DNA of 64,000 nt from Planctomycetota bacterium (lineage in GTDB: Bacteria > Planctomycetota > UBA1135 > UBA2386). Under the pieces are notes generated by a model. It had not been told where the DNA came from and searched no databases. It saw only the letters and a program-made list of their open reading frames with translations. The position numbers were made by a program, and so were the translations under genes. Of the stretch, positions 43,075-52,637 are shown in pieces (the stretch's first letter is position 1; each line of letters starts with the position of its first letter). The stretch lies in contig JBCCGH010000003.1 in assembly GCA_039029375.1 (NCBI GenBank), positions 63,375-127,374 of the forward strand, in the 5' to 3' direction.

Positions 43075-43578
43075 TCAAGAGGCGGGACGAGGCGGAGCCT
43101 GCTCGGTCAAACGCTGCCGCAGCCGCGCCTCGACCTCGGGCGAGAGAAAGTCCGAGACATCGCCGCCATTGCGCACGATGTCCTTGATGAGGGTCGACGA
43201 GATGTACGAGTAGCGAGCACTGGGCATCACGAACACCGTCTCGACCTCGTCATTGAGGTGGCGGTTGGTCAGCGCCATCTGGTACTCGTACTCAAAGTCG
43301 GAGGCCGTGCGCAGACCGCGCAGGACGATGCGGTGACCTTCGCGCCGGCAGTAGTCGACGACGAGGCCGCGGAACGCGACGACGGACACGCGCGGCGAGT
43401 CCGGCAGCGCCAGGCGCAGCAGCTCCAAGCGCTCGTCGAGGGAAAACACCGTGCGCTTGGAGATGTTCTCGGCGGCGGCCACGGTCACGGAATCGAAGAT
43501 CTCGAGCGCGCGCTCGACCAAGTCCAGGTGGCCGCGCGTGACCGGATCGAAGCTGCCTGGATAAAGCGCGGACGCCAT
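43075..43578 (-). CDS. coaD: Phosphopantetheine adenylyltransferase
   Basis: ALYPGSFDPVTRGHLDLVERA ... VVRGLRTASDFEYEYQMALTNRHL ... ISSTLIKDI. The start is ATG 43578. Confidence 0.92.
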   Translation of the reverse strand: MASALYPGSFDPVTRGHLDLVERALEIFDSVTVAAAENISKRTVFSLDERLELLRLALPDSPRVSVVAFRGLVVDYCRREGHRIVLRGLRTASDFEYEYQMALTNRHLNDEVETVFVMPSARYSYISSTLIKDIVRNGGDVSDFLSPEVEARLRQRLTEQAPPRPAS

Positions 43579-43652
43579 GGCGCTTCGATCGTAACCGTCT
43601 GACGCTGCGAGGCACGGAGACATTGGGGCCGGCGACGCGCGGCCGCCGCGTC

Positions 43653-45833
43653 ATGCCGCCCGCCTCTCCCAGCCGCCTCCTGGTGCTCGCCGCGCTCGCC
43701 GCGGCGGCGGGCGTGATCACCGTGCGGATGGGCGGGCTCGTGGCTGCCGCTGGTGTTTGCACCGCGGTGGTCGGCGTGACGGTCTGGGCGCGGCGGGCGG
43801 GTCCGCTGCTGGTCGCCGTGCCGGCGGCGCTGGGCGCGATCACCCCGCCCCCGGCCGCCGTGGCGTGGCCGCCGCCGGGACCGGTCGCGATCGACGGCCG
43901 CGTCCTCGCCGGCGTGGTCCGCGACCCCCGCTCGGCCACGGCGAGAGTTCGCCTGGCGCCGACCGGCGGGGCGCCGTGGTTTTGGTGCGAGGTGGGTGGC
44001 GAGCTGCCGGTGCTCCCCGGGGACCGGGTGCACGGCATCGCGCGGCTGGGGCCGCAGCCGCATCGCCGCCGTGCCGACCGGCCCCCCGTGGTGCGCGCGC
44101 AAGCCGGGGCGCTGCATCGCGAAGCCGGCGGGCCGTCCATCGCGCGCCTCGCCGACGCCTGCCGACTGCGCCTCCAGGCCGAGCTCCTCGCCCGGGTCCC
44201 CGGCACCTCCGGGCTGCTGCTTTGTCACCTAGTGCTCGGCCGCGGGCCGCCGTTGCCGCAAGACTTGGTCGACGCGCATCGGGACAGTGGGCTGGCCCAC
44301 CTCCTCGCGGTCAGCGGCGCCCATGCCAGCATGCTGGGACTCTTGCTCGGCCTCGGCTACGCGCACACCGCGCGGCGCTCGCCGGCACACAGTCGCGGGC
44401 ACCGCCGATTCTGTGCCGCGTTCCTCATCCTCTACGGCCTGATCACCGGCCTCGAGCCACCGGTGCTGCGGGCCGTCGTCGCGTTTTGTGCCGTGGCGCA
44501 GCTGCGCGCGCGCGGCCGACGCGCCACGGTGACCGCGGCGCTGGCGCTCCCGGCTCTGCTCACCGCGCTGCTGGTGCCGGACGATCTGCTGTCGCCCAGC
44601 TTCTGCCTGAGCTATGCCGCAGTGATCGGCCTCGCCCTGGGCGGGGCGTTTCGAGCCGAGAGCTGGACGGGACGTTGGCTCGCCACACCGCTGCGCAGCT
44701 CGATGTGGGCGTCGCTGTTGACGGCACCTCTGACCCTCGTCTACTTCGGTCAGCTGGCCCCCTGGGCCGTCGCCGGCACACCGCTGCTCGCCCCGCTGGT
44801 CGGCCTCATGCTGGCCGGAGGCATCGTGGTCGCCATCCTCGGCCTGGTGCTACCCGTCGTCGCCGATGTGGGCGCCCTGCCACTCGGTGCGGCGACCCAA
44901 GTCTACGGTTGGGCCGTCGGCGCCTTCGCCGCTCTGCCCGGAGCCCCCGTGCTCGCCCACTGCCAACCACCGTTGGGCGCACTGCTCGGCTTGGGCCTGA
45001 TCGGCGCTGCGGCGATCGCCGCTCGCCCGCGGCGTAGCACCGTGGCCGCACTGTGTGTGGCGTGGAGCACCGCGCACTTTGCACCGGCGCCAGCGCCTCC
45101 GCTCGGCCTGACCTTGCTGTCGGTCGGCCACGGCCAAAGCGCACTCGCAACCCTGCCCGGCGGCGTCACGGTGCTCGTCGACTGCGGCAGTCTGGGCAAC
45201 CCGCGACGCGCGGCACGGGCCGCCGCCACGGCGCTGCTGCCGCGGCGCAGGCTCGATTGGCTGCTGATCACGCACGCCGACTTCGATCACGTCGGCAGCG
45301 TGCCGTCGCTCCTGCGCCAAGTGGCCATCCGTCACGCTGTACTGCCCACTGAGGTGGCGGCGGGGCCGGCCGGCCGCGCGTTGCGGCAGAGCGGCACGAC
45401 CGTGTTGAGCCTGCGGGCCGGCCAACGCGCCACCCCGGCACCAGGCATTCTCGCGTTTCGCCCCGCCGCGGCCGACGCCGCTGGCGCCAACGACCGCGGC
45501 CTGTGGGTGCGGCTGTCGCTCGAGGGCTTCGCCGTCTGGTTGCCCGGCGACGCCGAAGAACCGGGCGTGGCGGCCTGGCTGCGCGCGGTGCGGCAACCGA
45601 ATGCCGACGTGCTCGTGCTGCCACACCACGGCCGCGCGCACGCCCTCGCCGCCGACTTGCTGCGGGCGGTGCGGCCACGCCTCGCTCTGGTCTCCAATCG
45701 CGAAACGACCGCCAGCGCACAAGCTGCGGTCGCGCGCCAGCTCGGGGTGGCGGTGCTTGAGACGGGCCAGACCGGCGACATCGTCGTCCGCGGCGATCGG
45801 GTCGAGACCGAGATCCGCGCGCTGCCTTGGTGA
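43653..45833 (+). CDS. comEC: ComEC/Rec2-family DNA internalization protein with C-terminal metallo-beta-lactamase domain
   Basis: The protein has many TM segments. Competence-domain motif: SGLAHLLAVSGAHASMLG. MBL part: LTLLSVGHGQSALATLPGG...VLVDCG ... LLITHADFDHVG ... VLPHHG. The start is ATG 43653; an upstream TTG at 43623 is also possible. Confidence 0.85.
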   Translation: MPPASPSRLLVLAALAAAAGVITVRMGGLVAAAGVCTAVVGVTVWARRAGPLLVAVPAALGAITPPPAAVAWPPPGPVAIDGRVLAGVVRDPRSATARVRLAPTGGAPWFWCEVGGELPVLPGDRVHGIARLGPQPHRRRADRPPVVRAQAGALHREAGGPSIARLADACRLRLQAELLARVPGTSGLLLCHLVLGRGPPLPQDLVDAHRDSGLAHLLAVSGAHASMLGLLLGLGYAHTARRSPAHSRGHRRFCAAFLILYGLITGLEPPVLRAVVAFCAVAQLRARGRRATVTAALALPALLTALLVPDDLLSPSFCLSYAAVIGLALGGAFRAESWTGRWLATPLRSSMWASLLTAPLTLVYFGQLAPWAVAGTPLLAPLVGLMLAGGIVVAILGLVLPVVADVGALPLGAATQVYGWAVGAFAALPGAPVLAHCQPPLGALLGLGLIGAAAIAARPRRSTVAALCVAWSTAHFAPAPAPPLGLTLLSVGHGQSALATLPGGVTVLVDCGSLGNPRRAARAAATALLPRRRLDWLLITHADFDHVGSVPSLLRQVAIRHAVLPTEVAAGPAGRALRQSGTTVLSLRAGQRATPAPGILAFRPAAADAAGANDRGLWVRLSLEGFAVWLPGDAEEPGVAAWLRAVRQPNADVLVLPHHGRAHALAADLLRAVRPRLALVSNRETTASAQAAVARQLGVAVLETGQTGDIVVRGDRVETEIRALPW

Positions 45834-45917
45834 GTTCGGCGCATCCCGCCCCACCGCCTACACTGACGCGAGTGCAAAACCTGGGACGGCACGCACAACT
45901 CGAGGAAACTGCTCAAC

Positions 45918-47378
45918 GTGAAACCAAATCCACGCGCCCACGGGATGGCGATGCTCGGCCTGCTCGGGCTGTGGGTCGCGGGAGCCCCATCCCTCCGCGC
46001 CCAGACCAAGCGACCCAACGTGCTGCTGCTAATGGCGGACGACCTAGGCTTTGGCGATACCGGCTACAACGGCCACAAGGTGCTGCAAACGCCACACCTT
46101 GACGCCATGAGCAGAGAAGGCGTCCGCTTCGATCGCTTCTACGCCGCGTCACCGGTCTGCAGCCCAACGCGTGCGTCGTGCCTCACCGGCCGCCACGGTG
46201 CGCGCAGCGGCGTGCTGCGCACCGCGGCGCCGTACTTGCCGCCGGACGAAATCTGCCTCGCCACGATTCTCCGCGACCAAGGCTACGTGACCGGGCATTT
46301 CGGCAAGTGGCACCTGGGGGCGTTCCAAGCCGCGGAGAACGGCAAGCAGCGCCGCACGTGCACGCCCGACCAGCACGGGTTTGACGAGTGGTTTAGCACC
46401 GAGCGCTACGTGCCGACGTTCGACCCGCACGATGCGGCCGAGGACATCGACCTCATCGAGGCCACCGCGTCCGAAGGCCCCGCGGACTCGCGGTATCGCC
46501 ACAATGGTCGCGAGGTCGAGGAACCGCTCAAGGGCGACGACAGCCGCATCGTCATGGACCGCACCCTGTCGTTCATCAATCGCGCCGCCGCCGACTCGCG
46601 CCCGTTCTTCGCCGCAGTCTGGTTTCACTCACCCCATGCGCCCATCACCGGGGCGCCGGAGTTCTTGCGCCACTACCCCGACCGCTGTCAGGGTGAGCAG
46701 CACTACTTCGCGTGCGTCTCCGGGCTCGACGCGCAGGTCGGCCGGCTGCGCGCGGCACTGCAATCGCTGGGCGTGGACCGCGACACGATGCTGTGGTTCT
46801 GCTCGGACAACGGTCCCGAGGGCATGCCCGGGCCCAAGCGCCGACTGCGCGGGAGCACCGGCGGCTTGCGGGGCCGCAAGCGCTCGCTCTACGAAGGCGG
46901 GATCCGAGTCCCCGCTCTGCTGTGCTGGCCGGCGGCCTTCGCGACGCCGCGGGTGATCGAGAGCCCGGCCGTCACCAGCGATTTCTTTCCGACCGTGCTC
47001 GACGCGATCGGGGTGCCGCTGCCCGGCAATCGCATCTACGACGGCGTCAGCCTGATGCCCCTGTTACGCGGGGAGACCAGCAAGCGAGGCCGACCGATCG
47101 CCTTCCACCACCGCTGGCAAGACGCGCTCTGCGGCTCCCGCTTCAAAGTCGTGCGCAATCGGCGCGGCAAGCGGCACATGTCCGACAACGGGTCGGTGCC
47201 GTTCGCCGAGTGGGAGCTCTACGACCTGAGCAGCGACCCGTTCGAGACCACCAACGTCGCGCACGAGTATCGCGAGCGCCTGTTGGCCATGCGTACCGAG
47301 CTCCTGGCCTGGCGCAGCTCTCTGGCCTCGGGCTTCGAGGACGGCACCGAGCCGCCTCGGCCACCGCAGCATCGCTAG
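45918..47378 (+). CDS. Cys-type sulfatase (arylsulfatase family)
   Basis: PNVLLLMADDLGFGDTGYNGH; FGly target motif SPVCSPTRASCLTGR; GKWHLG; NGPE. The signal peptide is MAMLGLLGLWVAGAPSLRAQ. The stop TAG at 47376-47378 lies in a CTAG at the edge of MITE A copy 3. Confidence 0.92.
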   Translation: MKPNPRAHGMAMLGLLGLWVAGAPSLRAQTKRPNVLLLMADDLGFGDTGYNGHKVLQTPHLDAMSREGVRFDRFYAASPVCSPTRASCLTGRHGARSGVLRTAAPYLPPDEICLATILRDQGYVTGHFGKWHLGAFQAAENGKQRRTCTPDQHGFDEWFSTERYVPTFDPHDAAEDIDLIEATASEGPADSRYRHNGREVEEPLKGDDSRIVMDRTLSFINRAAADSRPFFAAVWFHSPHAPITGAPEFLRHYPDRCQGEQHYFACVSGLDAQVGRLRAALQSLGVDRDTMLWFCSDNGPEGMPGPKRRLRGSTGGLRGRKRSLYEGGIRVPALLCWPAAFATPRVIESPAVTSDFFPTVLDAIGVPLPGNRIYDGVSLMPLLRGETSKRGRPIAFHHRWQDALCGSRFKVVRNRRGKRHMSDNGSVPFAEWELYDLSSDPFETTNVAHEYRERLLAMRTELLAWRSSLASGFEDGTEPPRPPQHR

Positions 47379-47490
47379 AGGACCGGCGAGGAATCTGTGT
47401 CGTTCGCATCGCGCAGTCGCCGCCAGGCTTGTTGGTGGACGAGTTGAGGCGACGCGACATGCGCCCACTCGACGCTGAACAGGCGGGTCG
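47375..47490. mobile_element. MITE-like element A, copy 3 (inverted orientation, truncated, lacks the terminal inverted repeats)
   Basis: cggcgaggaatctgtgtcgttcgca ... gcttgttggtggacgagttgaggcgac matches the reverse complement of the core of 30216-30384. It starts at CTAG 47375-47378. Confidence 0.6.
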
Positions 47491-47573
47491 CTCGACCTCG
47501 GGCTCGGCGGCAGCTGGGCTCCTGCCTCAGGTCGAACGCGCCGGCGCTGGTCCGGCCACGGAAACGGCGTAGC

Positions 47574-47594
47574 GCGGGCAAGAAACCCGCTTTT
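47574..47594 (+). terminator. Weak rho-independent terminator candidate
   Basis: gcggg-caagaaa-cccgc followed by tttt. The stem is only 5 bp. Confidence 0.3.
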
Positions 47595-47676
47595 CGCCTT
47601 CGGTTCCGTCTCGCCCCCGCGATCGGAATAGAGTCGACCTAACGCGGGAGGCCCAAGTCGTCACCTTGGACAATCA

Positions 47677-49866
47677 ATGATGGAGCAAGACCGACCCCTC
47701 CGGCCGCAGGCGCGGCCGAATCTCGCATTCCCCCTGGCGCTGGCGCTGGCGATCCCCCTCGCCAGCACAGCAGCAGTCGCACAGCGGAATCACATCGCCA
47801 ACTCGCACCCGACCGGGATCGAGGTCGACGCCGGTGGCGTCGCCTACTTCGCGGCCTCGCAGGAAGCGACGGGCGCCGAGCTGTGGCGGTCGGACGGCAC
47901 ACCCGGGGGCACGGTGATGGTCGCGGACCTGGAGCCCGGGCCGCGCGGCTCCTATCCCGACGACATCACCCCCACGCCAGGCGACACGTTCCTCACGGCG
48001 AGCACAGCACGGCTCGGACGCGAGCTCTACGCCACCGACGGGACGCGGACGCGGCTGGTCCGGGACATCGAGGACCAAGCGGGCTCGGATCCACGCGACC
48101 TCACGCCGGTGGGCAACCTGCTGTTCTTCACCGCGTACGAGGAGGATCACGGGCGCGAGCTCTGGGTGACCGACGGCACGACCCCCAACACGGTGCGCAT
48201 TGAAATCGTACCGGGCAAGAGCGGTGCTTCGCCCCATCACCTCACCGCGCTCGGCTCGAGGCTGATCTTCGCGGCGACCGACCGCACTGGCGACACCGAG
48301 ATCTGGACCGCCAACGGAACGCCCGCCGGGCTCCGGCGCCTCGCCGACATCCATCCGGCGGAGAGCTCGCGCCCGAGTGACCTGGTGAAGTTCCGCGGCG
48401 AGGTCTACTTCGCGGCGACGTCGCTCACGCGCGGCCGCGAGCTGTGGAAAACCGACGGCACCCCGGCCGGCACCATGATGGCCGCGGATGTGCTCCCCGG
48501 CACGGCGGGCTCCGACCCCGACCAGCTGGTGCCCGGCCCGACGCACCTCGCGTTCACGGCCTGGCTCCCGGGCGCGGGCCGCGAGCTGTTTGAGATGGAC
48601 GTCACCGGCACGGTCAGGCTGCTGAGCAACTTCATGGCCGGGGAGACCCTGTCCAACCTGACCGCCAACCCGGCCCCCAGCGCGCCGATGAGCCCCCGGT
48701 TCTGGTGCACGGTCGACGAGCCAGGCTTTGGGCACGAGCCGTGGCAGATCATCAGCGGGGCCGCCCCGACCCCAGTGGTCGACTTGCAGCCGGGCAACCT
48801 GGACTCACACCCGACCAACCTGACGCCGTTGGGCGACGCGCTGGTCTTTCGCGCCGACGGTGGCGGCGTGGGGTCGGAGCTGTGGTGCTCCAACGGCGTC
48901 GTGACCAGTCTCGTCGCCGACATCCGGACCGGCCTGGGGCCCAAGGGCCCGAAGAGCTCGGACGCAGCACGGCTCACGTCCGGCGCGCCGGGCGAGTTCT
49001 GGTTTGCGGCCGAGAGCGAGTGCGCCGGCATCGAGCTGTGGAAGACGGACGGCCACCGCGCCTGGATGGTGCGTGACATCGATCCCGGCGTGCCGCTGCC
49101 GCAGCTCGACGCGGTGACGCAACGGCGTGGCGTGTCGCTGTGCCTGACGGACGCGCCGGCACTGGTGCCGGGGCTGTTTGGGGTCAGTGGTGGCATCCCG
49201 CCGGTCCCGCTGAGCGTGCCCACGGTCCGCGGGGCGATCATGATCGACATCTTCACGCCCGGAGCAGCGGTGTTCGTCCCGTTCGTCACCGACGGCGGCG
49301 GCAACGCGCAGGCGAATGTGGGGTTCCCAACCCAGGCACAGGGCTTTCTCGGTCCGTTGGCGTGGCAGGCCTTTGCGCTCGAGACCGGGTCGTCGCCGTG
49401 CGCGGTGAGCGAAGGCGCTGAGCGTGCAGGGGCCGACGGCGACGCGGCCACCGAGGTCGTCGTCTGCAGTAGCAACATCACGTGCACGCTCGTGGGGGGT
49501 GGGCCCACGCCGGACGGCGCAATCGTCAGCGGGACCGGCAGCGCCTGTGACGACACGGGGCGGTACATCATCGAGATCCGCCGCGTCGACGTGACCGGTC
49601 GCCCGGCCCATCTCGTCGCCGTTCGCATCAAGCCCAGCGGCGAGATGGTCCTCCTCGACCCCAGCGAAATCGACCAGGGCGACCCCATCGTGCCCATCCG
49701 CTCGGGCCAATCGCTCCGGCTGCACGGCTTCGTGAATCTCTACACGGCGGTCAACCCCGACGACCCACTCAGCGGGGCGGACGCGATCGGGCTGCTGCTG
49801 TTCGACGAGCCGCCGGCACAATCCGAGCTCTCCGTGTGCGCGCTGGTGTGGCGCTCCTACTGCTGA
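47677..49866 (+). CDS. Secreted ELWxxDGT-repeat protein 2, with an internal copy of the shared domain and an extra C-terminal region
   Basis: Signal-like N-terminus: LAFPLALALAIPLASTAAVAQ. Repeats: ELWRSDGTPGGT, ELWVTDGTTPNT, EIWTANGTPAGL, ELWKTDGTPAGT, ELWCSNGV, ELWKTDGHRAW. The shared-domain-like segment is at about 49129-49416. About 150 further aa end in ...CALVWRSYC. Confidence 0.85.
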   Translation: MMEQDRPLRPQARPNLAFPLALALAIPLASTAAVAQRNHIANSHPTGIEVDAGGVAYFAASQEATGAELWRSDGTPGGTVMVADLEPGPRGSYPDDITPTPGDTFLTASTARLGRELYATDGTRTRLVRDIEDQAGSDPRDLTPVGNLLFFTAYEEDHGRELWVTDGTTPNTVRIEIVPGKSGASPHHLTALGSRLIFAATDRTGDTEIWTANGTPAGLRRLADIHPAESSRPSDLVKFRGEVYFAATSLTRGRELWKTDGTPAGTMMAADVLPGTAGSDPDQLVPGPTHLAFTAWLPGAGRELFEMDVTGTVRLLSNFMAGETLSNLTANPAPSAPMSPRFWCTVDEPGFGHEPWQIISGAAPTPVVDLQPGNLDSHPTNLTPLGDALVFRADGGGVGSELWCSNGVVTSLVADIRTGLGPKGPKSSDAARLTSGAPGEFWFAAESECAGIELWKTDGHRAWMVRDIDPGVPLPQLDAVTQRRGVSLCLTDAPALVPGLFGVSGGIPPVPLSVPTVRGAIMIDIFTPGAAVFVPFVTDGGGNAQANVGFPTQAQGFLGPLAWQAFALETGSSPCAVSEGAERAGADGDAATEVVVCSSNITCTLVGGGPTPDGAIVSGTGSACDDTGRYIIEIRRVDVTGRPAHLVAVRIKPSGEMVLLDPSEIDQGDPIVPIRSGQSLRLHGFVNLYTAVNPDDPLSGADAIGLLLFDEPPAQSELSVCALVWRSYC

Positions 49867-49876
49867 ACGGCACCCC

Positions 49877-52621
49877 ATGAGCGACGCATCGCGGCGCGTG
49901 GCCGTCGACCTGCCGGTCGCCCTTGAGGAGGAGCTCGATCGTGTCCTCGCCGCGGACCCGGACAGCCAGTTCGCGGAACTCGATCGACTATGCGGCAGTC
50001 ACCCCGCCCACGCGCCGTCCATCCGCGCGCGGTTCGCGGACTGCCAGACCTTGGTGCGCCACCTCGACGGCCTCGGTGAGTCGCTGGGTGGCCCGCCGCA
50101 GACGATCGGCCCCTATCGCGTCCTCGATGCACTCGGCGAAGGCGCCATGGGCGACGTCTACCTCGCCGAGCAACGCGAGCCGGTCGTGCATCGCGTGGCG
50201 ATCAAAGTGATGAAGCTCGGCATGGACTCGCGCCGGTTCTTGGCGCGCTTCAACGCCGAACGGCAAGCCCTGGCGCTGATGGAGCACGACTACATCGCCA
50301 AGGTGCTCAACGCCGGGGCCACGGACCGCGGCCGCCCGTACCTGGTGATGGAGTACGTGAAGGGCGTGCCGCTCACCGAGTATTGCGACGCGCAACGCCT
50401 GTCCGTGCGCGAGCGCGTGCAGCTCATACGACAAGTCTGCGCCGGCGTGCAACACGCGCACCAGAAGGGGGTCATCCACCGCGACCTGAAGCCGAGCAAC
50501 ATCTTGGTGACCGTGCAGGGTGACCAGGCCGTGCCCAAGATCATCGACTTTGGCCTCGCGCGAGCCGCCGACCATCGCCTGGCGCGCGGCACGCTGCTGA
50601 CCGAAGAGGGCCACTGGATCGGCACGCTGCCCTACATGAGCCCGGAGCAGGCCGGCACCACGCGGCTCGACATCGATACACGGGCCGATGTGTACGCGCT
50701 CGGGGTCCTGCTCTACGAGCTACTCACCGGCGACCTGCCGCTGCGCCCGGACGACCCGAGCGACTTCGACCGAGTGGAGATGGCGCGACGCATCCGCGAA
50801 GAAGAGCCGGCCAAGCCCAGCTCGCGCGTCGCACACCTCGGCCAGGGGGCGCCCGGCAATGCAACGGCCAGCGCGCTCGCAACGAAGCGGCGCTGCACGC
50901 CGCAAGCCCTGCAACGCCAGCTGCGCGGCGACCTCAACTGGATCACGCTGAAGGCTCTCGAGAAAGACCGCACGCGGCGCTTCGAATCCGCCGACGCCCT
51001 GGCCGCGGCGCTTGGCCACTACCTGCGCGACGAGCCGGTCGGCGTCGGCCCGCCCGCCCGCTGGGGCCGAGTGGTCAAGTTCGTCCGCCGCAACCGGACC
51101 GGCGTGATCGCGGCCGGGCTGCTGGCGGCGACGGTCGTGACCGGTGGCGTCGGCATGACGGTGATTGCCGCGGATCGCGCGCGGGTGCTGCGCGACTACC
51201 GCAACCTCACGATCGGCGGCAAGCTCGATGAGCTCGCGTCGCGAGCGGCAGCCGCGCACCCGCCATGGCCCGATCAGACATCGGAGCTCGGCGAGCTCGT
51301 CGCGACCGCAGAGGAGCTCGTCGCGCAACGAACGACGCTGGAAACCGCGATCGCCGGGTTGCGGCGCGGCCACCAGGGCCCGGAGGGCACCACGCGCCCG
51401 CCGCGCCGCGGTGCCTACGGTGAGAGCGCGCGCCGGGCCAAGCTGGCGCAACTCGTGCAGAAGCTGGACTTCGAGCTCGCCGAGTACGCCGGCGAGCTCC
51501 CCGCCGCGGTGCTGCGCGCCGAGCGCGCGGAGCGCGACCGCATCGCCGACGTCGAGGCCGCGCTGCGCGTGCGCGCGGCCGAATCGGCGCGGGTCGAGCG
51601 GCCCGACGCGGACCTGCAGTTCTTGCACGACCGCCTGGAGAACCTGCTGGGACGCCTGCGCGTGGTGCACGGCGAGCTGCTGCCAGACCTGCGCTGGCGC
51701 CTCGACTGGTCGCGGCGAATCCGCGCCGAGTCGGTCGACGCCTACCGTGACGCCTGGGCGCAGGCGCGCCGCGAGGTGGAGCAGACGCCAGCTTATCGGG
51801 GACTCACGCTCGCGCCACAGATCGGGTTGGTGCCCCTGGGCGCCGACCCCGACAGCGGGCTCCAGGAGTTCGCGCACCGGGCGTCGGGGACGGTCCCGAC
51901 ACGCGGTGCGGGCAGCCGCCTCGAGCTCAACCAAGAGCACGGCATCGTGTTCGTGCTGCTGCCGCCTGGCGTCGTCCACTTCGGCCGCGGCAAGAGCTCC
52001 GACCCCACCCGGCCGCCGCCGCACGGACGCTACGACGCGCTCGAGATCGAGGCGGTGTTGATGGCCAAGCACGAGCTGAGCCGAGCGCAGTGGGCCCGGC
52101 TGGCGCGCGGCCGGTCCGGCCTACAGCTCCGCGAGACCGCCGCCGATCTCCGCAACCGATCGGGGAAGCAGCTTGCCAAGCCAATGAACGTCGTGAGCTG
52201 GTTTGCTGCCGTGCGCCTCCTGGACGAGTATGGGCTGACCCTCCCGCGCGAGGCCGAATGGGAGTACGCCTGCAAGGCCGGCCGGGAGACGCGGTGGCAC
52301 TACGGGGACGACACCGTGACCCTTCAAGACGCGGCGAACGTGCGCTTCGACGGCATGGGAAGCAGGCGCCCTCTGCTACCGGTCTTCGCGCCGCTGCGGC
52401 CCAATGCCTTTGGCCTCCTGCACATGCACGGCAACGTCTGGGAGTGGTGCCGAGACCTCCGCGGCGAACCCACCGGTGACCATCGGGCGCTGCGCGGGGG
52501 CTCTTGGCAGCGGCCGCCGGGTGTCGCCGAGACGACGTATCGCAACAGCGCGACCCCAGACGTCGTCGTGCGCGAGTATGGACTGCGCGCCGCGCGCGCG
52601 TTGCGGCCGGAGTCGCGGTGA
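49877..52621 (+). CDS. Receptor Ser/Thr protein kinase with TM, long coiled coil and C-terminal SUMF1/FGE-type domain
   Basis: Kinase motifs: GEGAMGDVY, VAIK, HRDLKPSNIL, DFG, PYMSPEQ. TM segment: VIAAGLLAATVVTGGVGMTVIAA. A helical region of about 300 aa follows. FGE domain: EWEYACKAG...GLLHMHGNVWEWCRD...LRGGSW...YRNS...YGLRAARAL. The start lies 10 nt after the ELW gene stop. Confidence 0.92.
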   Translation: MSDASRRVAVDLPVALEEELDRVLAADPDSQFAELDRLCGSHPAHAPSIRARFADCQTLVRHLDGLGESLGGPPQTIGPYRVLDALGEGAMGDVYLAEQREPVVHRVAIKVMKLGMDSRRFLARFNAERQALALMEHDYIAKVLNAGATDRGRPYLVMEYVKGVPLTEYCDAQRLSVRERVQLIRQVCAGVQHAHQKGVIHRDLKPSNILVTVQGDQAVPKIIDFGLARAADHRLARGTLLTEEGHWIGTLPYMSPEQAGTTRLDIDTRADVYALGVLLYELLTGDLPLRPDDPSDFDRVEMARRIREEEPAKPSSRVAHLGQGAPGNATASALATKRRCTPQALQRQLRGDLNWITLKALEKDRTRRFESADALAAALGHYLRDEPVGVGPPARWGRVVKFVRRNRTGVIAAGLLAATVVTGGVGMTVIAADRARVLRDYRNLTIGGKLDELASRAAAAHPPWPDQTSELGELVATAEELVAQRTTLETAIAGLRRGHQGPEGTTRPPRRGAYGESARRAKLAQLVQKLDFELAEYAGELPAAVLRAERAERDRIADVEAALRVRAAESARVERPDADLQFLHDRLENLLGRLRVVHGELLPDLRWRLDWSRRIRAESVDAYRDAWAQARREVEQTPAYRGLTLAPQIGLVPLGADPDSGLQEFAHRASGTVPTRGAGSRLELNQEHGIVFVLLPPGVVHFGRGKSSDPTRPPPHGRYDALEIEAVLMAKHELSRAQWARLARGRSGLQLRETAADLRNRSGKQLAKPMNVVSWFAAVRLLDEYGLTLPREAEWEYACKAGRETRWHYGDDTVTLQDAANVRFDGMGSRRPLLPVFAPLRPNAFGLLHMHGNVWEWCRDLRGEPTGDHRALRGGSWQRPPGVAETTYRNSATPDVVVREYGLRAARALRPESR

Positions 52622-52637
52622 ATGCGACTCATCGAGC

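Noticed and set aside
51900-52621. The FGE/C-type-lectin fold as the variable protein of a diversity-generating retroelement.
   Set aside because: No reverse transcriptase, no template repeat and no adenine-specific mismatch pattern exist between the two FGE copies in the window.
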